A stretch of DNA of 64,000 bases, from NCBI GenBank assembly GCA_951406725.2, contig OX597834.1:29140001-29204000 (forward strand). The letters are read 5' to 3'. The translations under genes were made by a program, and so were the position numbers. The notes beneath the pieces were generated by a model, which made no database searches, was not told the DNA's origin, and saw only the letters and a program-made list of their open reading frames with translations. The stretch comes from Octopus vulgaris (taxonomy: Eukaryota). Shown here piece by piece: positions 26,650 to 40,149 of the stretch; within the stretch, counting starts at the first letter, position 1; the number at the start of each line of letters is the position of its first letter.

Positions 26650-26699
26650 ACAAAACTGTTACTCAGAGTTTAACGTTCCCGTTCGTTGGACAGTTTTGT
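26650..26699 (-). ncRNA. Minimal hammerhead-like motif with degenerate core
   Basis: Minus strand ACAAAACTGT-CCAACGA-ACG-GGAA-CGT-TAA-ACTC-T-GAGT-A-ACAGTTTTGT: perfect 10-bp stem I, GNRA-capped stem II, near-palindromic stem III. Confidence 0.6.
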
Positions 26700-27159
26700 T
26701 TAAAATGGAACAGATATAAGGTTATAAGCAAACATACAATTAGTATAATGGATACACATTTAAAAATGGTATTGTTTCATATTGGTCCTTTCAACTAACG
26801 GTCTTAAGCATGCAATGAACAAAATTCAGTATAAAATCATTATATAAAATTGAAGTAAAACCTAAATCAAAAAAGCTTATAAAAGGACAGAGTCTAAATA
26901 CTTAGGGTAAATAATTATATGTAAAATACAAATCAATTAATACATTAAAAGTTCATCATACTAGTATCAAAGGTGCACTCTTACAGTGTGCATCTTGGAG
27001 GTGCACTCTTACATTGTGTGTCTGGAAAACTCCCAATGTGTTAAAGCATCCATGGGCAATCTGCGGCCTGCAGCCCTCAACGAGTTACTAGGCTACTAAT
27101 TTCATACTGAGACAAATAAAATTTCATGCATACGTGTTTTATCATGCAGCCCTCTCCCA

Positions 27160-27462
27160 CTTGGAAATGGTACGATGCATGTAGGCATCTGGTGAGTGAA
27201 CTGAGCCGTGATGTCCTTCTCCAAACTGGCGGAAATGCGCGGGTGGGCAGCTGAAGACCTGCGTTACGACGATCAAGGAGGACCTCTCCGTGCTCTCAGG
27301 ACCACAGGTGGTCGGCCTGTGCCAATGGAACCGTGACTGGTTCACTATCTCCAGTGAACTGGTGCAGGACTGTCATGCGTGGGCTGCCATGGTTTGAGAT
27401 GCCTCGAGGGTGGTAGAAGAAACCGACTCAACCTACCCAGGGTGAATGTCGTCACAAGTACA
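27160..27462 (+). mobile_element. RTE-type LINE 3' end
   Basis: Frame reads GGQLKTCVTTIKEDL..LSGPQVVGL..WNRDW...ELVQD.HAWAAMV; ends ...CACAAGTACA. Older related relic at about 60660-60900 (-). Confidence 0.65.
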
Positions 27463-27799
27463 GTTGAGGAAAAGATGCCCATTCCTGTGTTAAAGTATTT
27501 CTTTGTCTTACATATATGTGATGGACTCTCCCGTTGAAGACAATGTATGAATGTTCAGCTTTTGCCAAATGGCCTGCACATATGATTTGTTTATAGTGAT
27601 CAAATGTTCGTACCACACATTAACTCAGTCTCGGAACAGGTGCACTGTGTACTACATGTCAGGTGTCCAAGTGATTGCAGAGCAATGTGAGATTAAGGGT
27701 TTTGCTCAAGAACACAGCGTACCACCCAGTCTAAGAATTGAAATCGTTATCTTGCAATCATGAGTGCAACACTCTAACCACTAAGCCATGTACCCTACA

Positions 27800-28177
27800 T
27801 TCTTTTATTTTTCTCAGTCATTTGACTGTAGCCATACTGGAGCACCACTTTTAGTTGAACAATTCAACCCCAGGACTTATTCTTTGTAAGCATAGTACTT
27901 ATTCTGATGGTCCCTTTTGCTGAACTGCTAAGTTACAGGGACATAAACACCTACATCAGTTGTCAAGAGATGGTGGGGGAACAAACACAGGCACACAAAC
28001 ACATATACACACGCACATATACATGATGGGCTTCTTTCAGTTTCTGTCTGCCAAATCCACTCACAAGGCTTTGGTCAACCCCAGGCTATATTAGAAGACA
28101 CTTGCACAAGGTGCCACACAATGGGACTGAACCTGGAATCAAGCAGTTGGAAAGCAAGCTTCTTACTACACAGCCAC
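27800..28177 (-). mobile_element. SINE family A (diverged)
   Basis: Collinear with 46450-46846. Confidence 0.8.
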
Positions 28178-28198
28178 TTGTATATATATATATATATA

Positions 28199-28390
28199 GG
28201 GAGAGTTTATGAAAAAAACAAAAGACGAAGACAGGTGGTGTACAAAACAAACAGATGTATTAGTATAATGCTCAGGAAAAGAAAAAATATTTTATGTTTC
28301 GAGCCTATGCTCTTCTACAGAAAGGGATACACAAAAAAACAAGGAGAGAAAAAAAATGTGTGTAGTGACTAACGATCTATCATGGCGACT
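28199..28390 (-). mobile_element. ~190-bp (TA)n-embedded element with hammerhead-like motif (family H)
   Basis: Reverse complement of 34609-34800; flanked by (TA)n on both sides. Confidence 0.75.
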
Positions 28391-28563
28391 ATATATATAT
28401 ATATATATATATATAGATAGATATATGTCTATATATATATATATATTGTTATATTTCGGAATGGTATATTGCCAGTTTAGCCAATAAAAACACATGCACT
28501 ATATATTTGGTGTTATTTTGCTTCAGTGTTATTTATTTTTTACATTAATCTTAATATTTAAAC

Positions 28564-29007
<444 letters not shown>

Positions 29008-29010
29008 TAA

Positions 29011-29188
<178 letters not shown>

Positions 29189-29381
29189 GCATATATGTAT
29201 GTATATATATGTATATAATTTATATACACATGTATATATACGTGTGTATTTTGAAATACAAAATCACATATATACTTAAAAAATTCACTTTTACTGATAG
29301 TGTTCCAGTTATATTATTGACTTAATTTCATCATGTTAAAATTTATTGAAAATAAATCTTCTCGATACTTAAGAATACAAT

Positions 29382-29459
<78 letters not shown>

Positions 29460-29934
29460 CACACATATCTACAGAAGTACATACATCCATATAGATATAA
29501 ATATATATTTATATATGTTTGTGTACACACATGTCTATACATATATATACGTACATATACGTGAGGGGCTTCTGTTGATCCACCTGTCATGTTAATGTGT
29601 ATAAAACGTTGAGACATGAACCGTTCTCGTTTTAACCTAACACCTTGAAATATAAGGAATTGATATCTCTCGGTGAAACTGTAGATGCTGAGGGTGATGA
29701 TGATGATGATGATGATGGTGATGCTGTCAGTGTTGTTGTTACTGTTGTTGGTGGTGATGCTGATGATATTGGTGATGCTGGCATTGAGAATGATGTTGAT
29801 GGCAATGATGATGGACAACAGTGACGAGGATGAAGATGACAATGACGGTGATAGTAGTGGTAGTGGTGGTGATGACGTTGACAATGACGATGATGATGAT
29901 GATGATGGTAGAGGTGGCAGTGGCTGTGACAGCA

Positions 29935-30250
29935 GCAGTGGTGATGGGCACAGTGGTGGTAGTGGCAGTGGTGGTAATGGCAGTGGTGGTAATGGTAGTG
30001 GCAGTGGTGGTAGTGGCAGTGGTGGTAGTGGCAGTGGTGGTAGTGGCAGTGGTGGTAGTGGCAGTGGTGGTAGTGGCAGTGGTGCTAGTGGCAGTGGTGA
30101 TGGACACAGTGGTGGTAGTGGCAGTGGTGATGGACACAGTGGTGTTAGTGGCAGTGGTGCTTGTGGCAGTGGTGATGGACACAGTGGTGGTAGTGGCAGT
30201 GGTGGTAGTGGCAGTGGTGGCAGTGGCAGTGGCAGTGACAGTGGTGGCTG
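29935..30250. repeat. 15-bp minisatellite (AGTGGCAGTGGTGGT) with 30-bp variants
   Basis: Direct tandem units; source of the spurious GSGGS ORF. Confidence 0.9.
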
Positions 30251-30319
30251 AAGTGGTGTTGGTGTTGGTGTGGTAAAGACATTGACATTACTGCTGCTGC
30301 TGCTGATGACGATGATGGT

Positions 30320-30367
<48 letters not shown>

Positions 30368-30876
30368 GACTACATTGACAACAACAAGAACACAGCCTGC
30401 AATGTCTATTATTATCACTTGGTGTTTGTTGTGTTGTTTTTGTAATTTGTATTACAATGCAGCCGTTGATAGGAGTTTGATTTCCATTCAATATTTCTTA
30501 ATAGATATTTATTCTTTGATAAGTGAGCTCCTTCCTTTTTTTTGTTTTTACTACTTTAATTGTTGTTGTCTTTTCTAAAAAGTTGATATAATTTTATATT
30601 GTTTATATATATATATTTATTTATTTATATTTATGTGTGTGTATATACACATATATATACATACATGTATCTATTTACCTATATATGTCTATCAACCTAG
30701 ACACACAGATATATATTTATATGTATGTATATACATATATATGTATATATTTCTATATGCGTACATACTTTTAAGTATATACTCATTCCACCTAGTTTAT
30801 CCTATTAAATTTGTGAGGAATTTTCCCATTTGATTTTTTTTTTGTTTTTGTTATTACATTTTTTTTTTATTGACAG

Positions 30877-30914
30877 AAAATCTTGGAAGTTGATGCAACC
30901 TTGTGACATGTCAG
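30877..30914 (+). other. Candidate 38-nt spliced exon of an unidentified host gene
   Basis: Long T tract then TTGACAG| acceptor and CAG|GTAATT donor; one open frame (KSWKLMQPCDMS). Confidence 0.35.
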
Positions 30915-30978
30915 GTAATTCTACAGAGTATGGATGGGAGATTGTGATTTCTGTAATAAAGATGATGGCATCGTGTTG

Positions 30979-31026
<48 letters not shown>

Positions 31027-31599
31027 TATGATGACGAAATAATGGTGATGATGATGATGATGATGGCAATAAGATCCACGATAGTGACAATGATGATCAC
31101 AATGTAATGATGGTGATGATGATGGTGATGGGAATGATGTTTAGGATTATGATAATAATAATGATGATGATGACAATGATGATGGTGCTAATGATGCTGT
31201 TGATGATGATGACGATGTTTCCAATGACGAAAGCAATAACAACAATACAGGATGTTTCTGTTCTCAAATCCAAATTTTACTGGTTGCTGGGATTGGTGTA
31301 ATCATTTTAAACCAAAGCCAGGAAGCACTGATACAGGATAGGAAGATAACTAAATGCTGTGCAACACCATCTTTCGAACCCCTTTAATGCCAATTTTGAT
31401 AAATAAAATAGCACCAAGCATTAATTACTCTCTCCTCATCCTTGTGGGCCTTGTAGCTGATATTCTGTTGCACCACACATTCATCAAATGTTTAATCAAT
31501 AAGTTACAGTTTAGGATATGCAGATGATCTCTAAAAAGAATGAAATGGTGCTATACAGGATTATTAACAACAAAAAATGTTAAGAACTACATATACTCA

Positions 31600-31866
31600 T
31601 GCCATTGGCACGTAAAAAGCACCATCCAATTGTGGCCATTGCCAGCCTCACCTGGCTCCCGTGCCGGTGGCACTTAAAAAGCACCATCCGATCATGGCCG
31701 TTTGCCAGCCTCATCTGGCACCTGTGCCGGTGGCGTTAGGAAGGGCATCCAGCCGTAGAAACATTGCCAGATCAGACTGGCCCTGGTGCAGCCTTCTGGC
31801 TTCCCAGACCCCAGTTGAACCGTCCAACCCATGCTAGCATGGAAAGCGGACGTTAAATGATGATGA
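31600..31866 (+). mobile_element. Family E with internal ~60-bp tandem units
   Basis: Repeated GGCACGTAAAAAGCACCATCC..TGGCC..GCCAGCCTC units, then the conserved tail. Confidence 0.8.
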
Positions 31867-32464
31867 TATTATGTAAACAAAATTAAAAATGTGGTCCCTG
31901 TACACCCTTTTCTTTAATTTCAAATATGTAATTATGCTTCATTTTATAGCAAAATGGTTATCTTCTTTGTAATAGCTGCAAATGTTTGGGGAACCACATG
32001 TATGTTAAAAAAATACATTGTCCAGTTCTGCACCACAGAGAGACACATTTAAAGCAAAAATCAATGCCTTTACAGATATACAGAAGCCATAAAAACCTAT
32101 GCAAGAAGGTTAGCAGTTTTGGGAATGCACAGTCAATTATACAGGGACAGGGTGTCCATAAAATATCTTTACAATTTCAAAAATTCTGACAAATATAAAA
32201 AAATAGTGACAACTTAGCTGAGTCTATTAGAAAATAAATAAGGTTTTACAAGAAATGCCAGAACACTTCCCCATGGATTCCTTTGGTTGTATACAATACA
32301 TCTACTAGACAATACAAATGCAGAAGCTGCAAAGATATGAACACCCAGTATTAAGGCTTCCAGTATATCACTGGTACATTTCTTTATAAATCAATAACAA
32401 AATCATATATACCAGGAAAATACTGTGACATATCTTTGTATGTTCTTTTATATGTCATGTTTAA

Positions 32465-32685
32465 CCCTTTCGTTACTGTATTTATTTTGAGATGCTCTGT
32501 GTTTCTTCCGATTATTTTAAATATAACAAAGAATTTAGTAAATTAACATCGTTATCATTGAGCTAGTGTTAGGAACATAAATTGTGACTAAGGTTTGGTG
32601 GAAGATTTGAATTCAAAACGTATGAAAACAAGACATTTATACTAAAGAGCCAGAGCAGGTTTCAGCCGGGTTGGTAACGAAAGGG
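32465..32685. mobile_element. piggyBac-like MITE (opposite orientation to the 3680 copy)
   Basis: TTAA-CCCTTTCGTTAC ... GTAACGAAAGGG-TTAA. Confidence 0.9.
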
Positions 32686-33299
32686 TTAAATGGGTAGCAG
32701 GCAACCAATCTTGGAAGATAGTGAAGTACAAGAAGAAATAAGAGAATTATGGCACAGATGTCTCTGAATATTGTGATGGGATGATGATAGTGATGTCTCT
32801 GTCATCACCATCAGTGATGATGAATGATAGCGAGGAAGGTGGGATGAAGAAGGATGATGACAATAATGGTAAATAAAACAGATTCGAAAAACGAATTTTT
32901 GATTTTTCATGTTTGCCTTAGCTTGAAGATAATAATATTGTCTCTTTCTCACTCCCTTTCTCTCTTCCTCTCTCTGTCTCTCTCTTTCCCTTTTGTACAT
33001 ATGTTGTTTTCTCTATGTAAGCACGTGTGTACATGTATTAGTTAAAGCTGCCTATCTATCCCTCAATAGACAGACAGACAGACAAATAGATATAAGCTTA
33101 TACCTTTATATGCGCACACATCCAAATGCACACTCATTAAAAAACAGATCACACCCAAATATACACACACACACATGTGTCTATACATATACATATATAT
33201 CTGTAAAATTGTGACAATTGTCACATATTATTTTACAGATAAATTTCCTCTATTTACATAATATCGAGGTCTCTTTCTTTTGTTATCTTACCGTTTTTA

Positions 33300-33366
<67 letters not shown>

Positions 33367-33414
33367 ATGTATATATATATATATATATATATCTATATCT
33401 ATATATCTATATCT

Positions 33415-33464
<50 letters not shown>

Positions 33465-33832
33465 ATGTATATATGCTCAGAAAAGTCTTTTTCAAATGAG
33501 GTAGTGAGTTTCTAATTCCGAAACCCACCACCTCATACACACACACACATTTGTTTATAGGGGTCAAATGTTTGTGTACACATAAGCTCATTCCCTCTAT
33601 CAAATCAACATTACCTGTACAGGTGTACTGTGTACCACATATCAGGTGAAGAAATGAATGTAGAGCAATGTGAAATGAGGTGCTTTGCTTAAGAGCACAA
33701 TGCAATGCCCAGTCTGAGAAGTGAACCCATGATCTCACAATCGTGAGTGCAACACCCTAACCACTAGCCATGTGCCTTCGTGCATATATATATATATGTG
33801 TGTGTGTGTATGTGTGTGTGTGTGTATATATG

Positions 33833-33887
<55 letters not shown>

Positions 33888-34608
33888 CATATTGTATGTA
33901 TATATACATAAATAGATAGATAGATATACATACATGCATACATATATATACATACACACACACACTTATATATATATGTATATATGTGCATATATATATA
34001 TATATATATATAGTCTTACGACTATTTTTAGTAGTTGATCTTTATCTCAATAATCTTTTCTAACTGATTAACTAATCCAGCCCACACTAAGTGTTTCTAT
34101 AATCTGCTTGGAAAAATAAGAGGGAGATAGAGGGAGAGGGAATGAAAGAGAGGCAGTGACATAGAGACACACAGAAAGAGAGGGGGAGGAAGAGAAAAAA
34201 AGTAAAATAGAAGGAGTGAGAGAGTGATAGATACATTTCAAACTATATTTTGGTCACACTGCTATCATGTATCAACCGTTTGGTCAGTCACAGAAGAAAT
34301 ACTCAGAGTTGCAATTCAAGAGCCTTCAGTTTTTAATATATGAGTATATTAATTCAATGTGTGTGGGTGTGCATGCGTGAGTGTGTGCATGCGTAAGTGT
34401 GTGTGTGTACATGTGTGTGTGTGCGCATGTAAGCATGACTGTGCGGTAAGAAGCTTGTTTCCCAACCACAAGGTTCTGAGCTCAGTTCCAATGTGTGGCA
34501 CCTTGGACAAGTTCTCCCACTATAACCCTGGGCTGACCAAAGCCTTGTGAGTGGATTTGGGAGACAGAAACTGAAAGAAGTCCATCATATATATATATAT
34601 ATATATAT

Positions 34609-34800
34609 AGTCGCCATGATAGATCGTTAGCCACTACACACATTTTTTTTCTCTCCTTATTTTTTCTGTGTCCCTTTCTGTAGAAGAGCGTAGGCTCGAA
34701 ACATAAAAGACTTTTTCTAATCCTGAGTGTTATACTAATAGATCTGTTTGTTTTTGTACACCACCTGTCTTTGTCTTTTGTTTTTTTCGTAATCTCTCCC
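34609..34800 (+). mobile_element. Family H element inserted in the internal TA tract of a SINE A copy
   Basis: SINE A left half at about 34435-34588 and right-half remnant at about 34845-34905 flank it; contains CTTT-CTGTAGAA-GAGC-GTAG-GCTC-GAAA-CATA-AAAG. Confidence 0.75.
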
Positions 34801-35059
34801 TATATATATATATACACACACACATACAAATGCATGTGTATGTGTGCATGTTTGTCTCCCCACTACCACCACCACCACTTGACAACCAGTGCTGGTGGTT
34901 TTATATCCTGGTTATAAATATAAACAACTTAACATTAAGCTGAAATGTTACTCAATATATTTTAGGTGAGTATATTTATTACATTTTATTTAATAACCCA
35001 AAACTTTGAAATTACTGTCAACCTTTATGCATACATCCATACATGTATATAATATATCA

Positions 35060-35399
35060 AATGGAAATTGCAGTTGTGATACTCGTGCTGGTGGCACATA
35101 AAAAGCTCCATCTGAATGTGGCCGATGACAGCACCACCTTGACTGGCTTCCGTGCCAGTGGCAAATAAAAAGCACCAACCAATCGTGGCCGTTGCCAGCC
35201 ACCCCTGGCCCCTGTGCCTGTGGCACATAAAAAGGACCCACTACACTCACAGAGTGGTTGGCATTAGGAAGGACATCCACCTGCAGAAACACTGCCAGAT
35301 CAGACTGGAGCCTGGTGCAACTGCCAGGCTTCCCAGACCCTGGTCGAACCATCCAACCCATGCTAGCATGGAAAAACGGACGTTAAACGATGATAATGA

Positions 35400-35403
<4 letters not shown>
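35060..35403 (+). mobile_element. Family E
   Basis: Tandem units followed by the conserved tail. Confidence 0.8.
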
Positions 35404-35442
<39 letters not shown>

Positions 35443-35855
35443 GATATGTATGTATGTATATATGAATACAGATATAAACACTCACACACACACCCATACA
35501 TATATAAATATATGAGTGCATTTATACGCACATGTTTATACACACATAAGTGTATATATACATGTGTATACAGTGTAACTTAAAATTTAAATAGTATCAC
35601 AAATGAACAGCAATTAGATCTCTATGTTTTGTCATGCGTCTCAAAGGATTCCATGTGAAGGACTCATAGAACAGTCCATGTCTTTCTTTGTTAGGGTCCC
35701 TGTTGCCAATATCCCAGAGTACATATACAAATAAAACAAAAGAGGAGGGTTTGTTTATAAATAATCATTTAGTTACATCATCTTACATACATTTCCTTAA
35801 CAAAGAAAGGTTCTTTGCCTCATAGCGTAAATTATATAATCAAATTTCTTTGTGA

Positions 35856-35982
35856 AATCCTCAGAGACATGTAACATTCATTCATATTTATTACTGGATT
35901 AGTGACCGTTTTGCCATCATTGGTAAGCAGTTGTTACTGATTCAGTAATCTTAGCAATGGAGGTTACATGTCTTTGATGATT
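35856..35982 (+). ncRNA. Long G-U-rich hairpin; candidate miRNA/hpRNA precursor or ADAR substrate
   Basis: 17-bp helix 35890-35906/35933-35949 plus basal 14-bp helix CAGAGACATGTAAC/GTTACATGTCTTTG and an apical helix; non-WC pairs inside helices are G-U on +. Confidence 0.5.
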
Positions 35983-36375
35983 AGATAATGTAATTTGATT
36001 ACAAAATTTAATCATGCAGCTAATGATCATTCTGTGTTCATGTATCATCCATATGATGGTGTAATTAAGCATTTTAAAAACAATTCCTCCTGTTGTAATT
36101 TGCTTTCTACACACATGCATTCATATACGACACACACATACACACACACGATGGATTTCTTTCAGTTTCCCTCTACCAAACTCATTCACAAGACTTTGGT
36201 CAGCTCAAGACTAGAGTAGAGGATATTTGCTCAAGTGGTATAACTGACCCTAAAATTATGTAGGGAAAACAAACTTCTTAATCACACAACCATACCTGCT
36301 ACCTATATTTACATTTATCTATGTGGATCTCTCTCTCTCTGTCTCTCTCCCTGTATATATATATACCCTGAAATT

Positions 36376-36951
36376 ACTAAAAGCTGTCGCTGATTAGCTC
36401 CATGAGGCCATCGCCTTAAGATAGCTATTTGACACACAAACTGTGTCCATTATAACCTTCGAACAAGGAAGGTCAGCCGCTTCACACTGCCAGTCAGACA
36501 GCTACAGACGCGTTTCAGGGTATTTGTCCTTTGTCAATGTAGCGTAGTCGACCCAGCAGGTGTCGCCACTGATCGTCTCTGTTCGAAGGTTTTATTTACC
36601 TAGTTTCAGTGGAATACATCCACTTGTTTTCAATAATAGAAATATTAAAAATATTGACAAAGGACAAATACCCTGAAACGCATCTGTAGCTGTCTGACTA
36701 TCAGTGTGAAGCGGCTGACCTCCCTTGTTCGAAGGTTATAATGGACACAGTTTGTGTGTCAAATAGCTATCTTAAGGCGATGGCCTCATGGAGCTAACCA
36801 GCGACAGCTTTTAGTCTTATATCTATAAGATTGCCATATTAATATGGTGATAACAATTAATTTCCAGTAACGCTGCCGTAATCTCTTTTAGAGAGACTTA
36901 GTAATTTTAATATTTCTATTATTGAAAACAAGTGGATGTATTCCACTGAAA
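36376..36951. mobile_element. Penelope-like inverted pseudo-LTR structure with two hammerhead-like motifs
   Basis: 163-bp inverted repeat 36376-36538/36653-36815 and 47-bp inverted repeat 36604-36650/36905-36951; TA-flanked; hammerhead-like motifs at 36501-36543(-) and 36653-36690(+). Confidence 0.7.
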
Positions 36952-37004
36952 TATATATATATATATATATATAGTGACTTACTAATGTGTATACAGAAAA
37001 TTAA

Positions 37005-37435
37005 TGTTGAGTATGATCGTTACCAGCGTTGCCTTACTGGCACTTGTGCCTGTGCTAGCAGGGTGCCAAGAGCACCATCTGAGCATGATCGTTGCCAGAG
37101 CAGCCAACTGGCTTCCGTACCTGTGGCACGTAAAAGGGCACCATTCGAGCGTGACTGTTACCAACGTCGCTTCACTGGCACATGTAAAAAGATTCAAGCG
37201 AGGTCATTACCAGTACTGCCTGACTGGCCCCCATGCCAGTGGCACGTAAAAAGCACCCACTACACTCTCGGAGTGGTTGGCGCTAGGAAGGGCATCCAGC
37301 TGTAGAAACTCTGCCAGATCGAGATTGGAGCCTGGTGCAGCCATCTGGTTCGCCAGCCCTCAGTCAAAATCGTCCAACCCATGCTGGCAAGGAAAGCGGA
37401 TGTTAAACGATAATGATGATGATGATGATGATGAC
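37005..37435 (+). mobile_element. Family E, long copy with four internal units
   Basis: Repeated GAGCATGATCGTT(A/G)CCAG..CTGGC units followed by the tail. Confidence 0.8.
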
Positions 37436-37757
37436 AGTAGCTTGCAATGTGCTACCAAAAAGGAAAACTATAATTGTCACTAAATATGACCAGGGTGTTA
37501 AGAACACCTACATTGCTAGAAATAAGAGCTAAAATGCTCAAATGTTGTTGTCAAAGCACACACACTCTTACCCTTTCCTTTATTATGAAATATCTCTTTG
37601 TCATGATTGTCATTAATGTTGTTGTTGTTGTTGTATATATTTGTTGTACGGATTTTTGTTTGCTTTTCTTGATTTTCTTTTCAAATTATTGTCATCATTG
37701 ATGTCATTGGTGCTTTTGTTGATTTAAATATATATATTTTGTGATATTATGTATATA

Positions 37758-37827
<70 letters not shown>

Positions 37828-37923
37828 AATATATATGTGTGTATATGTGTATACATGTATATCTATATATATATATATTTATACACACACATATATACAC
37901 AGATATATATGTATATGTGTGTG

Positions 37924-37982
<59 letters not shown>

Positions 37983-38464
37983 ACACACACACGGATATAT
38001 GATAGTCAACAAGGAAAATTTAGAAAATAAATAATCTTATTTTTAAGATGAGATTTTTTGGGAAAAAAACCCCCAATAATGCAAAATGTAAAAAAATATA
38101 TAACAAGACAACAACAAGAACAAATAATAGAAACAAGCAAAATTGAAATAAAAAACATATAAGTTAAAACAAAAGGAAAATTTTATCATCTCTCACCATC
38201 AGAGGGGAAGTAGAGGGGAGAAAATTATACGACACATGGAAATTTCATCATCATCATCATCATCATCTCATCATCATCATTGTTGTTGCTATTGTTCTTG
38301 TAATTCTCTATTATTGTTAATTTGTGGAAAGATTTAACTAGAGCATATACAGATGTATACATGTGTGTATGTATGAGTGTGTGTATGTATTTGTATATCT
38401 ATATATCTATCTATCTATCTCTCTATTTATCTATCTATATATATATATACATCTACATATATAT

Positions 38465-38513
<49 letters not shown>

Positions 38514-38520
38514 TATATAT

Positions 38521-38558
<38 letters not shown>

Positions 38559-38622
38559 CATGCATATATACACACACTCACACATATATACATATATATA
38601 AATGTGCATATATTTGTTTGTA

Positions 38623-38664
<42 letters not shown>

Positions 38665-38754
38665 GACATACATATATATACTTGTAGATATACCTATATA
38701 TGTATGAATTTATAGACATATGTGTGTCTGCATATGTGGGTGTATGTGCATGTG

Positions 38755-38836
<82 letters not shown>

Positions 38837-39394
38837 TACATACATATATGTAACTATATATATATGTATGCATCTGTGAGTGTGTGAGTGAATGTATGCA
38901 AGTGAATGAGTCTGTGTGTTTGCGTGTGTGTATATTTATATAAGCTTCTTATATTTGAGACAGAAAATTAGCAAATTGCTTTTAATATAAACAACAAACA
39001 ATACAAAATATAGAAAGAAGGAAAGAAAGAGAAAAGAAAAAAAACGCAGGAAAGGAGGAACAAATAGGAAGGGGGAATGGTGTGAGGGGGGAAGCAGAGA
39101 GAGATAGAGAAGTGTGTATGTGTGTGTGATGGAAAAAGAGGTAGATAGGTAGAGAGTGTAGAGGCCAAACAATGATTATATTCTACAGCAAAACACTAGT
39201 GGTGGTGCAACCACTTCTACAATGCAGTGTAATAACACTGTATTCAATGCTTACACTACCACTATGTCTACCACCTATACTACATACACCAACATTATGG
39301 ATGTTATTAGGACTACTTTTATGATGATGTGTTGTAACACTACCACTAACACCACCGCTACAACAACTAATACAATAACTATTACAATTAGTAG

Positions 39395-40080
39395 TTTTGC
39401 GCAGGTAAGAAAGTCCTGGGTAGCCCAATCGTCAGGTTTCCTCTCTCAACCTTGCTGACGTAGTCCAGTGGAGTGCAGTGCATTACGTTTGGCACCAGCT
39501 TGGTTGCAGGAGCTGCAGGAAGAGTGTCGAGTCGAACACCAGACCGCCTTCGGGGCTCCACTCCGGATTTCTTTGAAGGTTGTCTCCTTTCCGTAACCCT
39601 GGAGAGGGGCTCATACTGAGTACTGTCAGCCGGAGCCAGCTAAAAAAAAAAAAAAAAAAAAAAAAAAGCGCAACTCCATTGTCTCCCGAGACAGAAAGGA
39701 TGCCAATACAATACAATACAATTAGTAGACACTATGTGTAGCATGGGCCATCAGAGATTCTGGGTTGTTGTCCGACATGCTGGAAGACCACTGGGAGCGA
39801 GGCACCCTTTAGCTTTTGTAAAAGCATGTCACTAGAACTCACTTCAATTGCAGGCTACGTCTGCTCCGGTAAGCGGTGGTGACTTGGTCATCGAATGGTC
39901 TGCAATGGTTGGCAGTCGACGGCAAGATCAGCTGCTATGCATCACACTAACCCAAAGTGTGTATGCATGTGACCGGGAACCACATGTAAACTTGTATTCC
40001 CACCAAAACTCTAAACATGAACATGTTGGTCGGAATCGGCTCAACCCACGTCGAGTGAATGCTGTTGCAAGTACTCCCTG
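39395..40080 (-). mobile_element. Probable RTE-clade LINE 5' region (GC-richer island)
   Basis: Minus strand AAATCCGGAGTGGAGCCCCGAAGGCGG...CCAAGCTGGTGCCAAACG...GAGAGAGGAAACCTGACG recalls RTE 5' UTRs (recognition only). Confidence 0.45.
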
Positions 40081-40149
40081 TTGTGTAAAGCCTGCTATGA
40101 CATGTACTAACACCAAACACACACCACTATATTCACTACCACCAATACC

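Noticed and set aside
29369-30418. Pro/Leu-rich and GSGGS-repeat ORFs resembling structural proteins
   Set aside because: These are translations of a stop-free 15-bp minisatellite that is open in several frames on both strands.
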